DNA of 64,000 nucleotides from Prasinococcaceae sp. CCMP 1430 (Eukaryota > Plantae > Prasinodermophyta): assembly GCA_013416795.1 (NCBI GenBank), contig RQSC01000029.1, positions 512,250 to 576,249 of the forward strand, in the 5' to 3' direction. Position 1 is the first letter of the stretch. Every line of letters begins with the position of its first letter. Below the pieces are notes generated by a model that was not told the DNA's origin, made no database searches, and saw only the letters and a list, made by a program, of their open reading frames with translations. Below are positions 31,851 to 43,391 of this stretch, in pieces. The translations under genes and the position numbers were made by a program.

Positions 31851-33469
31851 GGCGCGGCGCGAGGGGCGGAAGGAGCGGAGCCGACAGCACCGAGGAGAGG
31901 CAGAGCGACGGGAAGAGTTGAGGTCGGTCGGGTCAGCTCGGCGTGCGTGTGAGTTCGTTGGCGGTAAAGCAGGCGGGTGAAGCTTGGCGGTCGTGCTCAA
32001 AGGGCTGCGCGCGCCAGAGCGCCGCGCGGCGGGCAGCACACGGCCGCGCGCGAATCGTGCACGCCCACGGCAATCGCTGGTGGCGTCAGCCAACACCTCC
32101 CTGAGGCGGGGGCGAGGAGCGCAAACACGCGCGGCAGGTGTGCGGCGCGGGCGAACGCGCAGACCTGCCGCGATCCTCAGGGCTCGCGGCTGGACTCGAG
32201 CCGACGCGTGTGGCTGGTCCCGTCCGGACCAACACCTCGCCTGCCCCCCCCGCGTGCACATGTGCTGGCGTGAACACCACTCGACAGCAGCGAGCACACC
32301 CCTCAGCGCGCAAAATAGCTGCTTGGCGGGCAGCCCCTGCCCGCACGCGCGGTGGCTGCAACCCGGGCGTGCAGGAGCACGCAGGAGCGCGCGCGGGAGG
32401 GGGTTGGGGTGCGGGCGATGAGGGCAGCCTCGCACTCTGAGGCGTGCGCCGCCGCCGCCCCGTGGCTGTTTGCGCACGCCTCGCATTTTTCCGCGCGCGG
32501 GCGGATAACATTTTTTGACGCCGTCCGTGGTCGGCGCGCGCGCGCGCGCGCCGCCCCCGCGCCGCGTGCGCCGCGCGCACCGTCCTCGCCGCCGCTGCGC
32601 GAGCCGGACGCACCCATGAATGCGGCTACGACGGGGCGCTGGCGCTGCTCGTGTGCGGTGTGGCGTCGCGCCGCGCCCCCACCCCCACACACATCACATA
32701 CCCCCCCCCCCATCCCGCGCCCCGACGCGCCCCAAACGGCCGCGCGCCGGTTGACATTGGAACCCAAAAAATCTCCCGCGCCACATCCGACGCCCTCGAT
32801 GGAATGGAACGAACGAACCACAGCGACAGGACGGCCAGGCCGCCCTCGGGCATTCCCCGCCCCACACAGCCCACCTACCCACACGGTGGCGCCCACCCGT
32901 CGCCTCTCCTCTCGGTCACACCGACCCTCCCCTCGGCTGGTTGGCCCTGACCGACCGACCGACGGGGCGCAATCTGCAGGCCTGCGCCGGCCCCGCGCCA
33001 GCCGCCAGCCTTCAGCCTGGCCATCCGCACCCGCCCGATCCGCCGACCCGACCCCGTCCCATCGACCGGCCGAGCGGGCCACTCAGTGGGCGGCGGGATC
33101 GTGCGGCGGGCGGCGCGCCGGCGGCGGCCGGGGGGATCGGGATCGCGCGCGCAATATCCGCGACGCGACGCGTGCGCTCGAGCGAGCGCGTGTGCATGTA
33201 CGAGGGCGCGCATGCACGCTCTGCTCTGCCGCGACGACGCGTGCGTGCGTGTAGAAGCCGAGAGCACAAGTTGCGCATCGTGAATGCGTGTACCATCGTC
33301 GTACACGTGTGTGGGCGCGTGCGTGCCTGCGTGCGCGCGCGTGGTGGGCCTCGCTCCTGCGCACGACACACACCGCGCCGGCGCTCCGCCAGCGGCCCGC
33401 CGAGAGCTCGCTCGACAACACCCCCCCGCGCCTGAGTGTGGTTCAGCCCGCCAACGCACGCGCCCACGC

Positions 33470-33700
33470 GTCCCACTCGCGAACACCCCTCCCACTGGCT
33501 GCCAGCCACGCGACCCGGCCGAACCAAACCAACAAGAAAATTATAACCCTAATCACTACCCCAACTACGTGCGCATCGCCCCAAACCTCCGGTTGCGTAC
33601 TGCACGCCCAGATTTTGTGCGGGAGCAGGGGCGTCGAGAGCGGCGCGCGTGCGTGTGTGTGGGTGTGCGTGCGTGTGTGTGGGGGCGGGATGGGGAGGGC
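33470..33700 (+). ncRNA. Speculative telomerase-RNA-like element (or simply a telo-box promoter element) upstream of TERT
   Basis: USE-like GTCCCACTCG at 33470-33479, TAACCCTAA at 33544-33552, and possible pseudoknot pairings downstream. Not verified. Confidence 0.2.
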
Positions 33701-33934
33701 GGCGCCAAAGCGCGCGCCTGAAGCGGTTCGCCCCGGGCGGGCGGGCGGCCTGACGGTCGATCGGGGCGGTGGCACGCGCGTGGCGAGCGGCCGACGCGTG
33801 CGCGGGCGTGCCGCAAACGCGCGGGCGTGCCGGCCGAGGAGCGCTGCGGCGGGCGATGGAGGCGGACGGGCAGGCCCGGGGCGAGGCTGCGGCGGCATAG
33901 GTGAAGAGCCGCCCGTTCCCCCTTCTCGCCAGCG

Positions 33935-36900
33935 ATGGAGGCAGTGGCGCAGCGCGCGCCACACGACATCGGAGCGCCTCCACGCGGCGCCGCGAGTGGC
34001 GCTGGCGGGCTGGTTGACGGCGGGGGCGGCGGCGGCTCGGCCGCCGGCGATCCACAGCCTCCGCTACGCAGCGTGGGGAACGCAGCGCTACGACGGCTGT
34101 ACTCCGGTGCCAAGCTCGTGCCCCTCTACGAGCGCCTCGGCGTCGACCTGTCCGAGCTCTCGTCTGAGGCGGCCGCACTCGCGCGATCGGCAGTTGTCGT
34201 GCGGGCGGATGGCGGCGGCGCCCCCCTTTCAGGCGCCGGACGGAACAGACACGCGGGCGAGGGCACGAGCACAGGCGCACCGCTGACTCCGGCGGCGTGG
34301 TCGCGAGTGATCGCCGAGAGCGCGTCCGCGTGCGCCCGTAGCCGCGCCTCCAACGTGCTGAGTCTTGGCGTGCGTTCGAAGCGCGGCCGCGCTGCGGCCC
34401 TGCCCACGGAGGTCGTGTATCCCAACACGAGCACCAACTCGCTGCTCACGCGGGATTGGTGCGAGCTCGTCGCAGTTGCCGGAGAGGCCGCTGCGCGAGA
34501 GCTGCTTGCGTCGGGCGACGCACTTTTCATGCGCCTACCAAACTCCAACTACATGCAGCTCGCAGGAGTGCCGGCTGTGGAGCGTGGCAAGCGCGTCATG
34601 CGCGAGGCGGCGCGGCGCAAGGCGAGAACGACGGGTGGCGCGGCACAACCGGACGGCAGCCGCGAGCAACATGTGCAATGCGCGTCACGGCGAGCACAGC
34701 AGCACCAGCGCCCGCAACAGCGGCACTCGCAGCCACGCAAGCGCTCGGAATCGGGCCCGGCGGGGGTTGCCGCCGGCACTCACCAACCCCCGTCGCAGGC
34801 TCCGGCCTCAGGCAGTCAGGCCAGGCAGGGCGATGGCGCGCCCGAGCCTCCGGTGGCCGCCACGACCGGTCCGCGCCCGCGAGTGCCGGCACCTGGCGGC
34901 TCGGTTGGCTTGGGTTCAACGCCTGCCGCCGCGCTCGTGCCGCGCAACTTTCTCTTTTGCGCGTACTTCGGGCGTACGCCGGGACTGCCCACCAACCACG
35001 TGCTGCTTCGCGTGCAGGCGCACGAGGGCGGCGCGGGCGCGGGGCGAAGGCTGTACACCGCTATCTTCGTCAATCCGCCACCGACGCTCGCGAATACGGG
35101 CAGCAGGCCGCACGCCGGCAGCAGCAGCGGCGGCACGCATTCCTCCTCCAATAGAGGCCGGCCCGAGATGATCCCCGCAGGCGGCTATCTGCCAATGCTA
35201 CCCCAGCGCGTTCCGCGCGCCCATCGCGGCGCGCCTGCTGCATTGGCGGCGCTCGCGCGCGGCGCGACCGCCTGTCCATGTGCGCGCCTGCTGCGGTCCC
35301 ACTGCCCGCTGCCCCAATGTCTCGAGAGGGGCAGGGGGCAGCAGAAGCGACGACCGCAGCCGCAGCGGTCGCAGCAGGAAGGTGCGTCTGACGGGTCTCG
35401 GCGCCGCGAGCCTTCCGGGGCGATGGCCACACAACAGGCGGCCTGCGCGCCAGCGCCCGCAGCGCGCTCTGGCGAGGTCGAATTCGACACGCAGGAGCCA
35501 GATGTGTGCGGCGGGGGGGCGGGCGCGCCTAGCGGCGTCCACTCGCATTCGCATTCGCAGCTCGCATCGGAGGTCAACGCCCTGGCGGCCGCTCAGACGT
35601 CTCCTCGCGCGGTCGCATCCTTCGTGTGGGCGTGCCTGTTGCACATGGCGGGCCCCTCGGGCCTGCTCGGACCCAAGGGCAGTCCCACGCGGCGCTCGCT
35701 CCGACAGCGCGTAGAGTGGTTCATACGCCTGCGGCGCTTCGAGCAGTGCTCGGTGCACCAACTCATGCAGGGCGTGCGCCCAGCGGATATGCCCTTCGTG
35801 ACCACGGCACCGCACGGCGAGGCGAGTGCACGCGTGCCCCCTCAGCAGGCCGCCGCCCGCCAACGAATGACTGAGCGCTGGGTGCTCTGGCTCTTTGCGT
35901 GCATGGTGTCGCCGCTGGTGCGCGCGCACTTTTACGCCACCGACGGCGAGGCCACGCGCCAGTCGGTGGTGTTCTATCGAAAGCCCGTGTGGGCGCGCCT
36001 CGCCGTACTCGCAGAGAGACAGCTCGCGCGTAGAGGGTGGATGGTGCCTTTGGTGGGCGCGGGCGGCGGCGATGGACATGGCCCGGGGAGCGAGAAGGGC
36101 GATGCCGAGGCCGATGCGGGAGTCGCTCCTCCGCCCGCGTGTACCGTGGCACGCTGCGCGCATACGCTCGCTGGGAGGCAGCTTGGCTTCGCCGACCTGC
36201 GGCTGCTGCCGCGCGCGCGTGGCAAAGGGGTGCGCCCTCTGCTCAACATGGGCAGGAGCCACGCCATAACGACGCTCGCTCGAGCGGCCGCTGGGCCCAC
36301 GAGCGGGCGCGCGGGCGGCACTCACCTCCGCTTCCAAGCAGTGAATGCCGCTCTTCGACCCGCTTTCCACGTGCTCAAGCACGAGACTCGGCGCGCGGGC
36401 GGCGGGACTGGCGCGTCGGTGTTCCACCCCAACGAGCTGCACGTGCGGCTGCGCGCCTTCCTGGCGACCAATGCGCGTGCCCCTGGGGTACCGCTTGGCG
36501 CGAGTGGTGGCGTGCTGCCTCCGCACGCCCGTCCACGCATGTACATCGTCGCCGCCGACATTAGCAAAGCTTTCGACACCGTCGACAGGCCACGCTTGCT
36601 GCGCGCTCTGGAGGACACTTTCAGCGAAGGGGAGTACCTCACTGTGCGTTACTCGGCAGTGCGGCCAAATCACTTGAATGGCTCGGTGCGCTGCACGTGG
36701 GAGTGCGCCGTGCGCGCGGCGGCAGACTATCCGCAATTCGCAGACGTCGCAGCGGGGCTGGCATCAACGAAGCTGTGGCATTCAGTGCTCACCGACCAGG
36801 TTGTGTACTCGACCCTCGAGCGGCCATACGTGTTGTCCCTCGTGCAGGAGCACATCGCCGGTGGCGTCGTGTGTGTGGGCGGATGCGGCCGCCACGGCCG

Positions 36901-38080
36901 CCTGTACCGCCATGCTGCTGGGATCGCGCAAGGCAGCGTGCTGTCGAGCCTCCTGTGCTCTCTGCACTACGCCACCATGGAGCGCGAGACGCGTGTGCCG
37001 GGAATCGGCTGCGACTGGGCAGCAAGCGGTGCGGGGCCTGTCGCAGGCACGCCGGCCTCTGTCGAAGCAGGAGGGCCAGCCGCAGCGGAGACTCACAGGC
37101 AGCAACAGCAGCGTCACAAACACGGCGGAGCTGGGCAGCAGCAGAGTGCGACGCAATCCATGCTCGTGCGCATGATCGACGACTTCCTCTTTGTGTCAAC
37201 GAGCGCGCGCGAGGGGTGCGAGTTCCTAAGCTGCGCGGCCACACGGTTCCCGGCATACGGCGCTGGCCTCAACGTGGCGAAGACTCGCCTGAACTGGGAT
37301 GCCCGAATCCCCGGGGAAGTGGGCGGGGAAAGCTCGCGGAGACGGGAGGCTGAGTGCGTGCCCGCGCACGTGATTCGCGACGGTACCGGCGAGTCCTTCG
37401 TGCCCTGGTGTGGCCTCTTGCTGGCCTCGCGTGGGCTCGAGGTGCGGGCCGACTACTTTCGGCTGAGCGTCGCGGGGCTGATGGGCTCGGTCAACGCCAG
37501 CGTGGAGAGGGCACCAGGCGCGCAGCTTCGATCCAAACTGCTCAGGTGGGTACGCGAGCGCCTCAAGCCCGTCCTGCTTGACCCAGCGATCAACGCCCGG
37601 CGGACAGTCGCCCTGAACTTGTACCAGGGAATGCTGATGGTGGCGCTCAAGCTCCGCGTGTACGGCGCGTCGCTGCGGCGTGCGGGCGGCCACTGCGGCG
37701 CGCGTCTCACCAGTGAGCTCGCTGAGGGCGCGTGGCGTTTCGCGCGGCTGGTGTGCGCGCGTGAGGCGCGCGCTCGGCGAGACTCTTTCGGCGCGCACGC
37801 CGGTGGGTGGGTGCCCCGCGCGGCGGAGGTGCACGCGTTGTGCGCGGCGGCATTCGCGCGCGCTTTCTGTGTCAACCGCCCCGCGGGACTGCCGGAGGCC
37901 ACCGCGGCCGCGGCAGCTCTGCGCCGCGCGCAGGCGCGTGCCGAGCGCGCTATCGAGGCGGCCGCGGTGAGGGGCGGTGACGAGGCACAGGCGGCGCTTC
38001 GACGCTTGCACTACGCGACAGACGCCCGCCGCAGCTCGCCGCTCGAGGCCGTGCTGGCCGGCTTGCCGTCGACCGTGTGA
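33935..38080 (+). CDS. TERT: Telomerase reverse transcriptase, apparently one open frame of 1381 aa
   Basis: TEN-like LFMRLPNSNYMQLAG; QFP-region FVWACL and RRFEQCSVHQLMQG; T motif LVRAHFYATD...FYRKPVW; motif 1/2 LRLLP, VRPLLN; A ADISKAFDTV; B' GIAQGSVLSSLLCSLHY; C RMIDDFLFV; D LNVAKT; E WCGLL. Confidence 0.97.
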   Translation: MEAVAQRAPHDIGAPPRGAASGAGGLVDGGGGGGSAAGDPQPPLRSVGNAALRRLYSGAKLVPLYERLGVDLSELSSEAAALARSAVVVRADGGGAPLSGAGRNRHAGEGTSTGAPLTPAAWSRVIAESASACARSRASNVLSLGVRSKRGRAAALPTEVVYPNTSTNSLLTRDWCELVAVAGEAAARELLASGDALFMRLPNSNYMQLAGVPAVERGKRVMREAARRKARTTGGAAQPDGSREQHVQCASRRAQQHQRPQQRHSQPRKRSESGPAGVAAGTHQPPSQAPASGSQARQGDGAPEPPVAATTGPRPRVPAPGGSVGLGSTPAAALVPRNFLFCAYFGRTPGLPTNHVLLRVQAHEGGAGAGRRLYTAIFVNPPPTLANTGSRPHAGSSSGGTHSSSNRGRPEMIPAGGYLPMLPQRVPRAHRGAPAALAALARGATACPCARLLRSHCPLPQCLERGRGQQKRRPQPQRSQQEGASDGSRRREPSGAMATQQAACAPAPAARSGEVEFDTQEPDVCGGGAGAPSGVHSHSHSQLASEVNALAAAQTSPRAVASFVWACLLHMAGPSGLLGPKGSPTRRSLRQRVEWFIRLRRFEQCSVHQLMQGVRPADMPFVTTAPHGEASARVPPQQAAARQRMTERWVLWLFACMVSPLVRAHFYATDGEATRQSVVFYRKPVWARLAVLAERQLARRGWMVPLVGAGGGDGHGPGSEKGDAEADAGVAPPPACTVARCAHTLAGRQLGFADLRLLPRARGKGVRPLLNMGRSHAITTLARAAAGPTSGRAGGTHLRFQAVNAALRPAFHVLKHETRRAGGGTGASVFHPNELHVRLRAFLATNARAPGVPLGASGGVLPPHARPRMYIVAADISKAFDTVDRPRLLRALEDTFSEGEYLTVRYSAVRPNHLNGSVRCTWECAVRAAADYPQFADVAAGLASTKLWHSVLTDQVVYSTLERPYVLSLVQEHIAGGVVCVGGCGRHGRLYRHAAGIAQGSVLSSLLCSLHYATMERETRVPGIGCDWAASGAGPVAGTPASVEAGGPAAAETHRQQQQRHKHGGAGQQQSATQSMLVRMIDDFLFVSTSAREGCEFLSCAATRFPAYGAGLNVAKTRLNWDARIPGEVGGESSRRREAECVPAHVIRDGTGESFVPWCGLLLASRGLEVRADYFRLSVAGLMGSVNASVERAPGAQLRSKLLRWVRERLKPVLLDPAINARRTVALNLYQGMLMVALKLRVYGASLRRAGGHCGARLTSELAEGAWRFARLVCAREARARRDSFGAHAGGWVPRAAEVHALCAAAFARAFCVNRPAGLPEATAAAAALRRAQARAERAIEAAAVRGGDEAQAALRRLHYATDARRSSPLEAVLAGLPSTV

Positions 38081-38359
38081 AACACTGTAGATGTAACTGT
38101 ACCTGTACGTGTACACACGAAGCCCCCTCTAGTAGCCAGCGGTCAGCGTGTGCTGCGGCTGCCGCTGCACAGTTGACTGCGCTTACCTGTGTGCGCATGT
38201 GCTGCGCGCGTGATCCTCCGCGAATCATTCCGGTCACGAACAGAGCGTTTGTCTTAAAAGCAATCAAAAAGACTGGTACGGCACGCGATTCGCGCATGCA
38301 CCCGTGCGGGTGTGCGGGCGCCACAGGGACGCTCGGGGGCGTGCGTGCCGCAGAGTGGC

Positions 38360-41300
38360 ATGCCCCCCCCCGAGGTGCCTTCGGCGCTGCTCGCGGCGGC
38401 GCTCTCCGCTTCGGGCGCGCCGCGCGCGCTCGCGGCCGAGTGCGCCGGCGCGCTTGGCTTCTTCGGCGCTGTCCTTGGATGTCGACATGCGTCTCCGCGG
38501 CCGACGCGGGCGCCAAGGCAGGCGCACAGGCGGCGGCTGCGGCAGGGGCGTTCGCTGCGGGCGCGCTCAGGGAGGCGCTCGTCCACGCGGCCGAGGCCGC
38601 TGGCAACAACGAGTTGCCGGCGTTCACGTGGGACTGGGTGTTGGCGGCAAGCGATAGCGACGCAGACAAGGGCGCGCCGCTCGCCGGATGGGCAGCGATA
38701 TGTGACGCGCTCGTCCTCGCTGCCCGCGGCGGCCGACCAATCGCAATGCGCGTGGCGGTGAGCACGCTTGCGGCGCTCTCTGCACGCGGCGCGCGTGCCG
38801 AGGACGCCGCGCTCCAGTGCTGCCTCGACAGGGCGGTGTGCTGCGCATCGCGTGGTGGCGGTGACGCGACCGCGGCCACCGCCGCAGCGGCGCTCAACAG
38901 AATTGTGTTGGGCGGAGGCACTGATCGGGGCGGCAAACTTGCCGTCCTGGGGGTGCATGCGCGCGCGCTGAGCGACGGGCTGACCGCCGCGGCAGTAGAG
39001 TTGGCTGCTGTGTGCGGCGAAGGCAACACGGGCGTGCTGATCGAGCAAACCTCGAGCGGCTGCGAGGCGGCGATGTTCGGCATCGCGCGTGCAGCGGCTG
39101 CTGCAGCCGCGTCAGCCGAACCGTCCACGGCCGCGCGCAGCCTCGCAAGCCGCCTCGAGACGGCGGAGGGCGGTGGCGCGCTGATAGCCGAGTTCGCGTT
39201 CGGCGCGGAGCTCATCGAGGCCGGCTCAGCGGAGATTGCTGACGCTGCGGCGCTCGCATTACTCGCGCGCGCGGCCGCCCAGCAGGGCGAGCCGCGGATG
39301 GTGATGCCGCTGCAGGCCGCAGCGCTGCGCTGCGTGGCCCGCCGCTTGGAGCGTCACGCTGGCGACAGAACGGCGAAGGCACTCGCCCAGGTTGCTTCCC
39401 CCCACGCAGATGCCATCGAAGCGGCGGCAGGGCTGGGGTGGGAGGGCGTGACGCTGGCCGGCTCAGGCTCCTTAGACGGGAGAGATGCGGCTGCGCGCAG
39501 GGCGGCGGCGTGGGGCGATCTTCCGGGCACGCGCGTACCGGCGTCCAACACGGCTGTAGAGCTGTGGGGCGAGAAGCCTCGTGCAGTGCTCTCCATGACA
39601 CAGTTGGTGGAGGCCGCCGCACCTGGCGCGTCAATTGGCGTGGGCGCCACTGGACAGCTGCATGCTGACGCCGTGTCAGCCGCGGGGACGCTCGCTCGCA
39701 CGCTGGTGCGCTATCGCCTCGCCGCCGCGCGCGTCGCGGCGAAGGACGCCGTAGACTGCGTAGTCGCCGAGAGCGTCATCGATGGACTAGCTGTCACGGT
39801 GCCGGCAGGGCTGGGGGAGGCCTTGTCGGACCCCACACGCCGAAGGGCGGGGGTCGGGCGGTCCACGCAGCCTGGTCATGCAGCTACACATTCACGGGGG
39901 GACGCTGCAGCGTGTCGCATTGCAGCGGCTGTCGTGGGCGAGCTAGCGCACGCAGCGGTCGGCATTCAACACTGTGCGTCGGCGCACCGCGTCCACCCAC
40001 AGGCAGCAGACGCGTGACACGGCATGAGTAGCGATCGCTCTGCTGACCAGTGCGCGCGCCCCTCCCCACGCCCCTCTGCCTTCCCCCACACGCGCGTGTG
40101 CACATCGAAAGACGATACTGCCGTGCGACGTGCTACTGAGGCGATGCAGCTCATGCGCGCAGCTATGCTCCTCAACGGGGGCGACAACCGCGCCGCTGCC
40201 ACGGCCGTGCCCAGCGGCAACACGGAACGTATCAGTGGATCTCGTGCGTCGCTCTCACGACTTGCGCAAGTCGTCGCGAAGCAAGCGGACCTGAGCAACG
40301 ACCAGCACGCTGATCTTCTCGCTTGGGTGCTGCAATCTGTTGCAGCAGCTGAGGTGGGACATCGTGAACTCGCTGGTGCGTGCGACGGGGCCACGCCCGC
40401 GCTGAGAATCGAATCTACTGACGACCTTGAGGACGACGAAAGTGACGTGACGCTGGCGGACGTGGCAATTCTATGCGCGAGTGCCCTCAAAAGAGGCGCA
40501 GGGAGCACACAGGCGGGCGCACGCGGTGTCCGTGCACCGATGAGAGATGCTATGTTATCGCTTGGCACAATAGCCCTTGTGCGTGCCCACCTCCGCCGTC
40601 ACGTCGGCCCGAGCGCAAGCACCAGCAGGGCCGCCAAGGCGGTGGCGGCCGTGTTGCCACTCTGTGCTGCATTCACATCGACCAGTGCGAGCGACAGTGC
40701 GTTGCTCTCCATCCTTATGCTGGAAGCAGCGCAAGCGGGTGGTGCAGACGGCTATGCGCTCGCCACAGCTGCGGCAAACTGCGCCGTGCGCCACTTTCGT
40801 ACGCATGTATCGCCCCTCAGCACCTCCAAATTCGGAAGAGGGAGCAGTCTGGGGACCGGCAGGAATAGCATCGTGGATTTGGCTCTCACGGCACTCGACG
40901 CGCGCGTCGTGAGCGCCCTGGGAGACGCTGACGGGCACGTCGTGCACCTTGTTTCGCTCGCCCTCGCGCCTACTGCGCATCGGCCCCAGTCGCACCAGGC
41001 GGCGAAAGCTTTGTCAGTGGCTTGGCAGGCTGGTGCCATCGCGTCGTGCGCAAACAGTGTGGCTCGAGCGGTCGGCTCCAAGCCGCGTCGCGTGAACGCT
41101 GCACTGAGGCGCGTGCTGCACCCAATGTGCACCGAGCTTCACAGTGCTCTCAAGAAGGCGTTGCGCCGTGAGATGGCTGCCGCCAGTGGTCGTGACGGCA
41201 GTGACGCCGTCCGCGCACGCGTTGGCGCCGGACTGCTACTGTGCGCCGCGTCCCACCTCGACACAGCGAGCACGCACCTCGATGAGCTCGACCTATCCGG

Positions 41301-41976
41301 CGATGAGCTCGCTGAGTGGACTGCGGCCATCGCTGAGATAAGTGGCACTCGCTGCAAAACTGCGTGCGGTGGCGGTGCCATGTCTCGCAGCCGCAAGAAA
41401 CTACGCCTCGACGAGGGTGGCAGTGCTACTGCTGACGACGGCAGTGGTGTCGGTGGCGATGCGAGCGCCGGATTCGACCGTGCACTGAGCGCATTCGGCG
41501 CGCTCGCGAGAGGCGCGCTTCGCCGCCTCGTCGACAGCGACGCGATTGCCGATGCTCAGCTGGCTCGTAGAGTCGCCTCCGCGCTCGACGCTGCTTGCGG
41601 CACCGCTGATCCCCCCGATGCATCGACGGATCTTGGCGTGCAACAAGACAACGCTGCGGTGGGAGCACACAGCAACGGCGATGCACATGCCGCGGCGCAG
41701 GCAGAGTGCGACGAGGCGCTGCAGCGTCTGCTCAGCAGCGGTGTCAGCGACGCCGGCGAGCGCCCCGACTGTGACATCTTCGCGTTCGAGTGGCCCCTCA
41801 GTTTCGGCATGAATAGCGGGGGGGGGCATTGTGTGGTCTCTGGCGGTGACTTCGGCGGTGTTTCGCTGGATGACCCCGATGACGAGGCGATGCTCGAGCC
41901 GAGCGACGACGACGACACTGAGGACAGCGAAGACAGCGATGACGCTGAGGGCTTCTTCGTGAAGAACCACGCGTGA
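38360..41976 (+). CDS. Large Ala-rich helical protein of unknown function with an acidic C-terminal tail
   Basis: ORFs 38077-40017 and 40024-41976 join through a phase-consistent intron at 39974-40111. The 5' end needs a frameshift or a short intron near 38471-38517. Confidence 0.6.
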
Positions 41977-42046
41977 GGCCTTTGGGATGTTTCTTATACG
42001 TAACATTATGTACAGTATGATCTCCAGGGGCCGCTGGCTGGTGCAG

Positions 42047-43125
42047 CTATCGCGGCGCGCCCTCAGCGCCGTCGTTGGAATCCGCAGACCTTCGTTGAAA
42101 TGGATTGAGTGAGCGCCACGACCAGCGCGGCTTTGGCGCCGCCCGCACATTGTCCGTTCCTTCCTCCCTTGCTTGACTGCGCGCCTGCGCCTGCACCTCC
42201 GCGAGCGAGTTTGCTTGCTCGCTTGTGTCCAACCCCCTGGGTTGCTGCTGCTGCTGCTGCAGCAGCTGCTGCCGTTGCGTCTCTAGTCGTTGTTGGTCAG
42301 CGGCTCTCGTCTGGGAGAGCACCTGCGAGAGCACCCGTGCTCCTGTGCCTACGACGGCCTCCTCGCTTGACAATTCCTCTGTTTGACTCGGCCCCGCACC
42401 GCCGCCCACGCCGCCACCGCCCGCGCCGCCACCTTCGCCGCTCGTCACCATGAAGAGGAGCTTCTCGACGGCCCCTTGTATCTCCTCGAGGTGCGCTCGC
42501 ATCACGCCGAAGTTGTGCTCGAGCACATGCAGCCGCGTCGGGATGTCGAGGCGGCGCTCGCCGGTCACATCGTCAACTTCGCTGCCAGCGCCTGATAGAC
42601 CCGACTCCGCATCCGTGGGGGTAGCCGCGGCGGCCCCAGCGACTCGCCCCCCTTGCCCCTCCTTGAGTAGCTTCCTATCCTCCGGCGTCTGCGGCAGGAC
42701 CTCACCAGCTGCAAGACGCCGGATGCGCTCTTGTCGCAGACGCTCTGTCTGCCACTCGTTGAATTCAATGGCGTACTCGCCCATGATAACTGCAATGGAG
42801 CCAGCGAGCAGCGGGCCCTGCTCGTGTGCACGGCGCACGTCGCAGCAGCGCGGCGCGGCAGGAGCAAGAGCGTACGAGCACGGTCAGCCCGGCCCAGCCC
42901 GCTGCGTGCGGAGCGCGAGGACAGCGGCGGCGGCAGTGGCGGCAGCGGTGCCTGCGGGCGACACACCTTGATGAATTGCGTGATGTGAAAATCCCAACGC
43001 TCCGTGAGCGGCGGTGATAGCCTGGCGTGCCGCCAGCCCTCGCCGCCCGCCGCGCCGTCCGCCGCGAAGAGCGCCTTGAAGCCGCGCACGACTGAAGGCC
43101 CGCGCCATCCGCCGCTGCCGGCCAT
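42047..43125 (-). CDS. Hypothetical protein with a single TM segment and coiled coil
   Basis: Exons 42967-43125 and 42047-42817 joined by a phase-0 GT-AG intron: HITQFIK|GPLLAGSIAVIMGEYAIEF. Confidence 0.7.
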
Positions 43126-43391
43126 GGCGTCGGGGGCGTGCGCGCGGACGAACGCGTCCCCCGCGCGCGTGCGGCCCTGGGCTGCGGGGGCGCGCGCCAA
43201 GGGCGTTCAGGCACGCGGGCGCGCGAGTGGATGACCTCCCTATCCTCCCCCCCCCCACCCACACAGCGCCCAGCGCTGCGGCGCACGCGCACGCAATGGC
43301 GAGCGCCGTCGGTGCAGGCCTCTCGAATTCACTTTCACTTTGATGAGGATTCATTATTTCTAACGTCAATGGCACCAACTCGCAGCGCTGC

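Noticed and set aside
33935-38080. The RT as a retrotransposon, Penelope element or retron
   Set aside because: It has the telomerase-specific T and QFP motifs and lacks endonuclease, integrase, LTR or TSD features.
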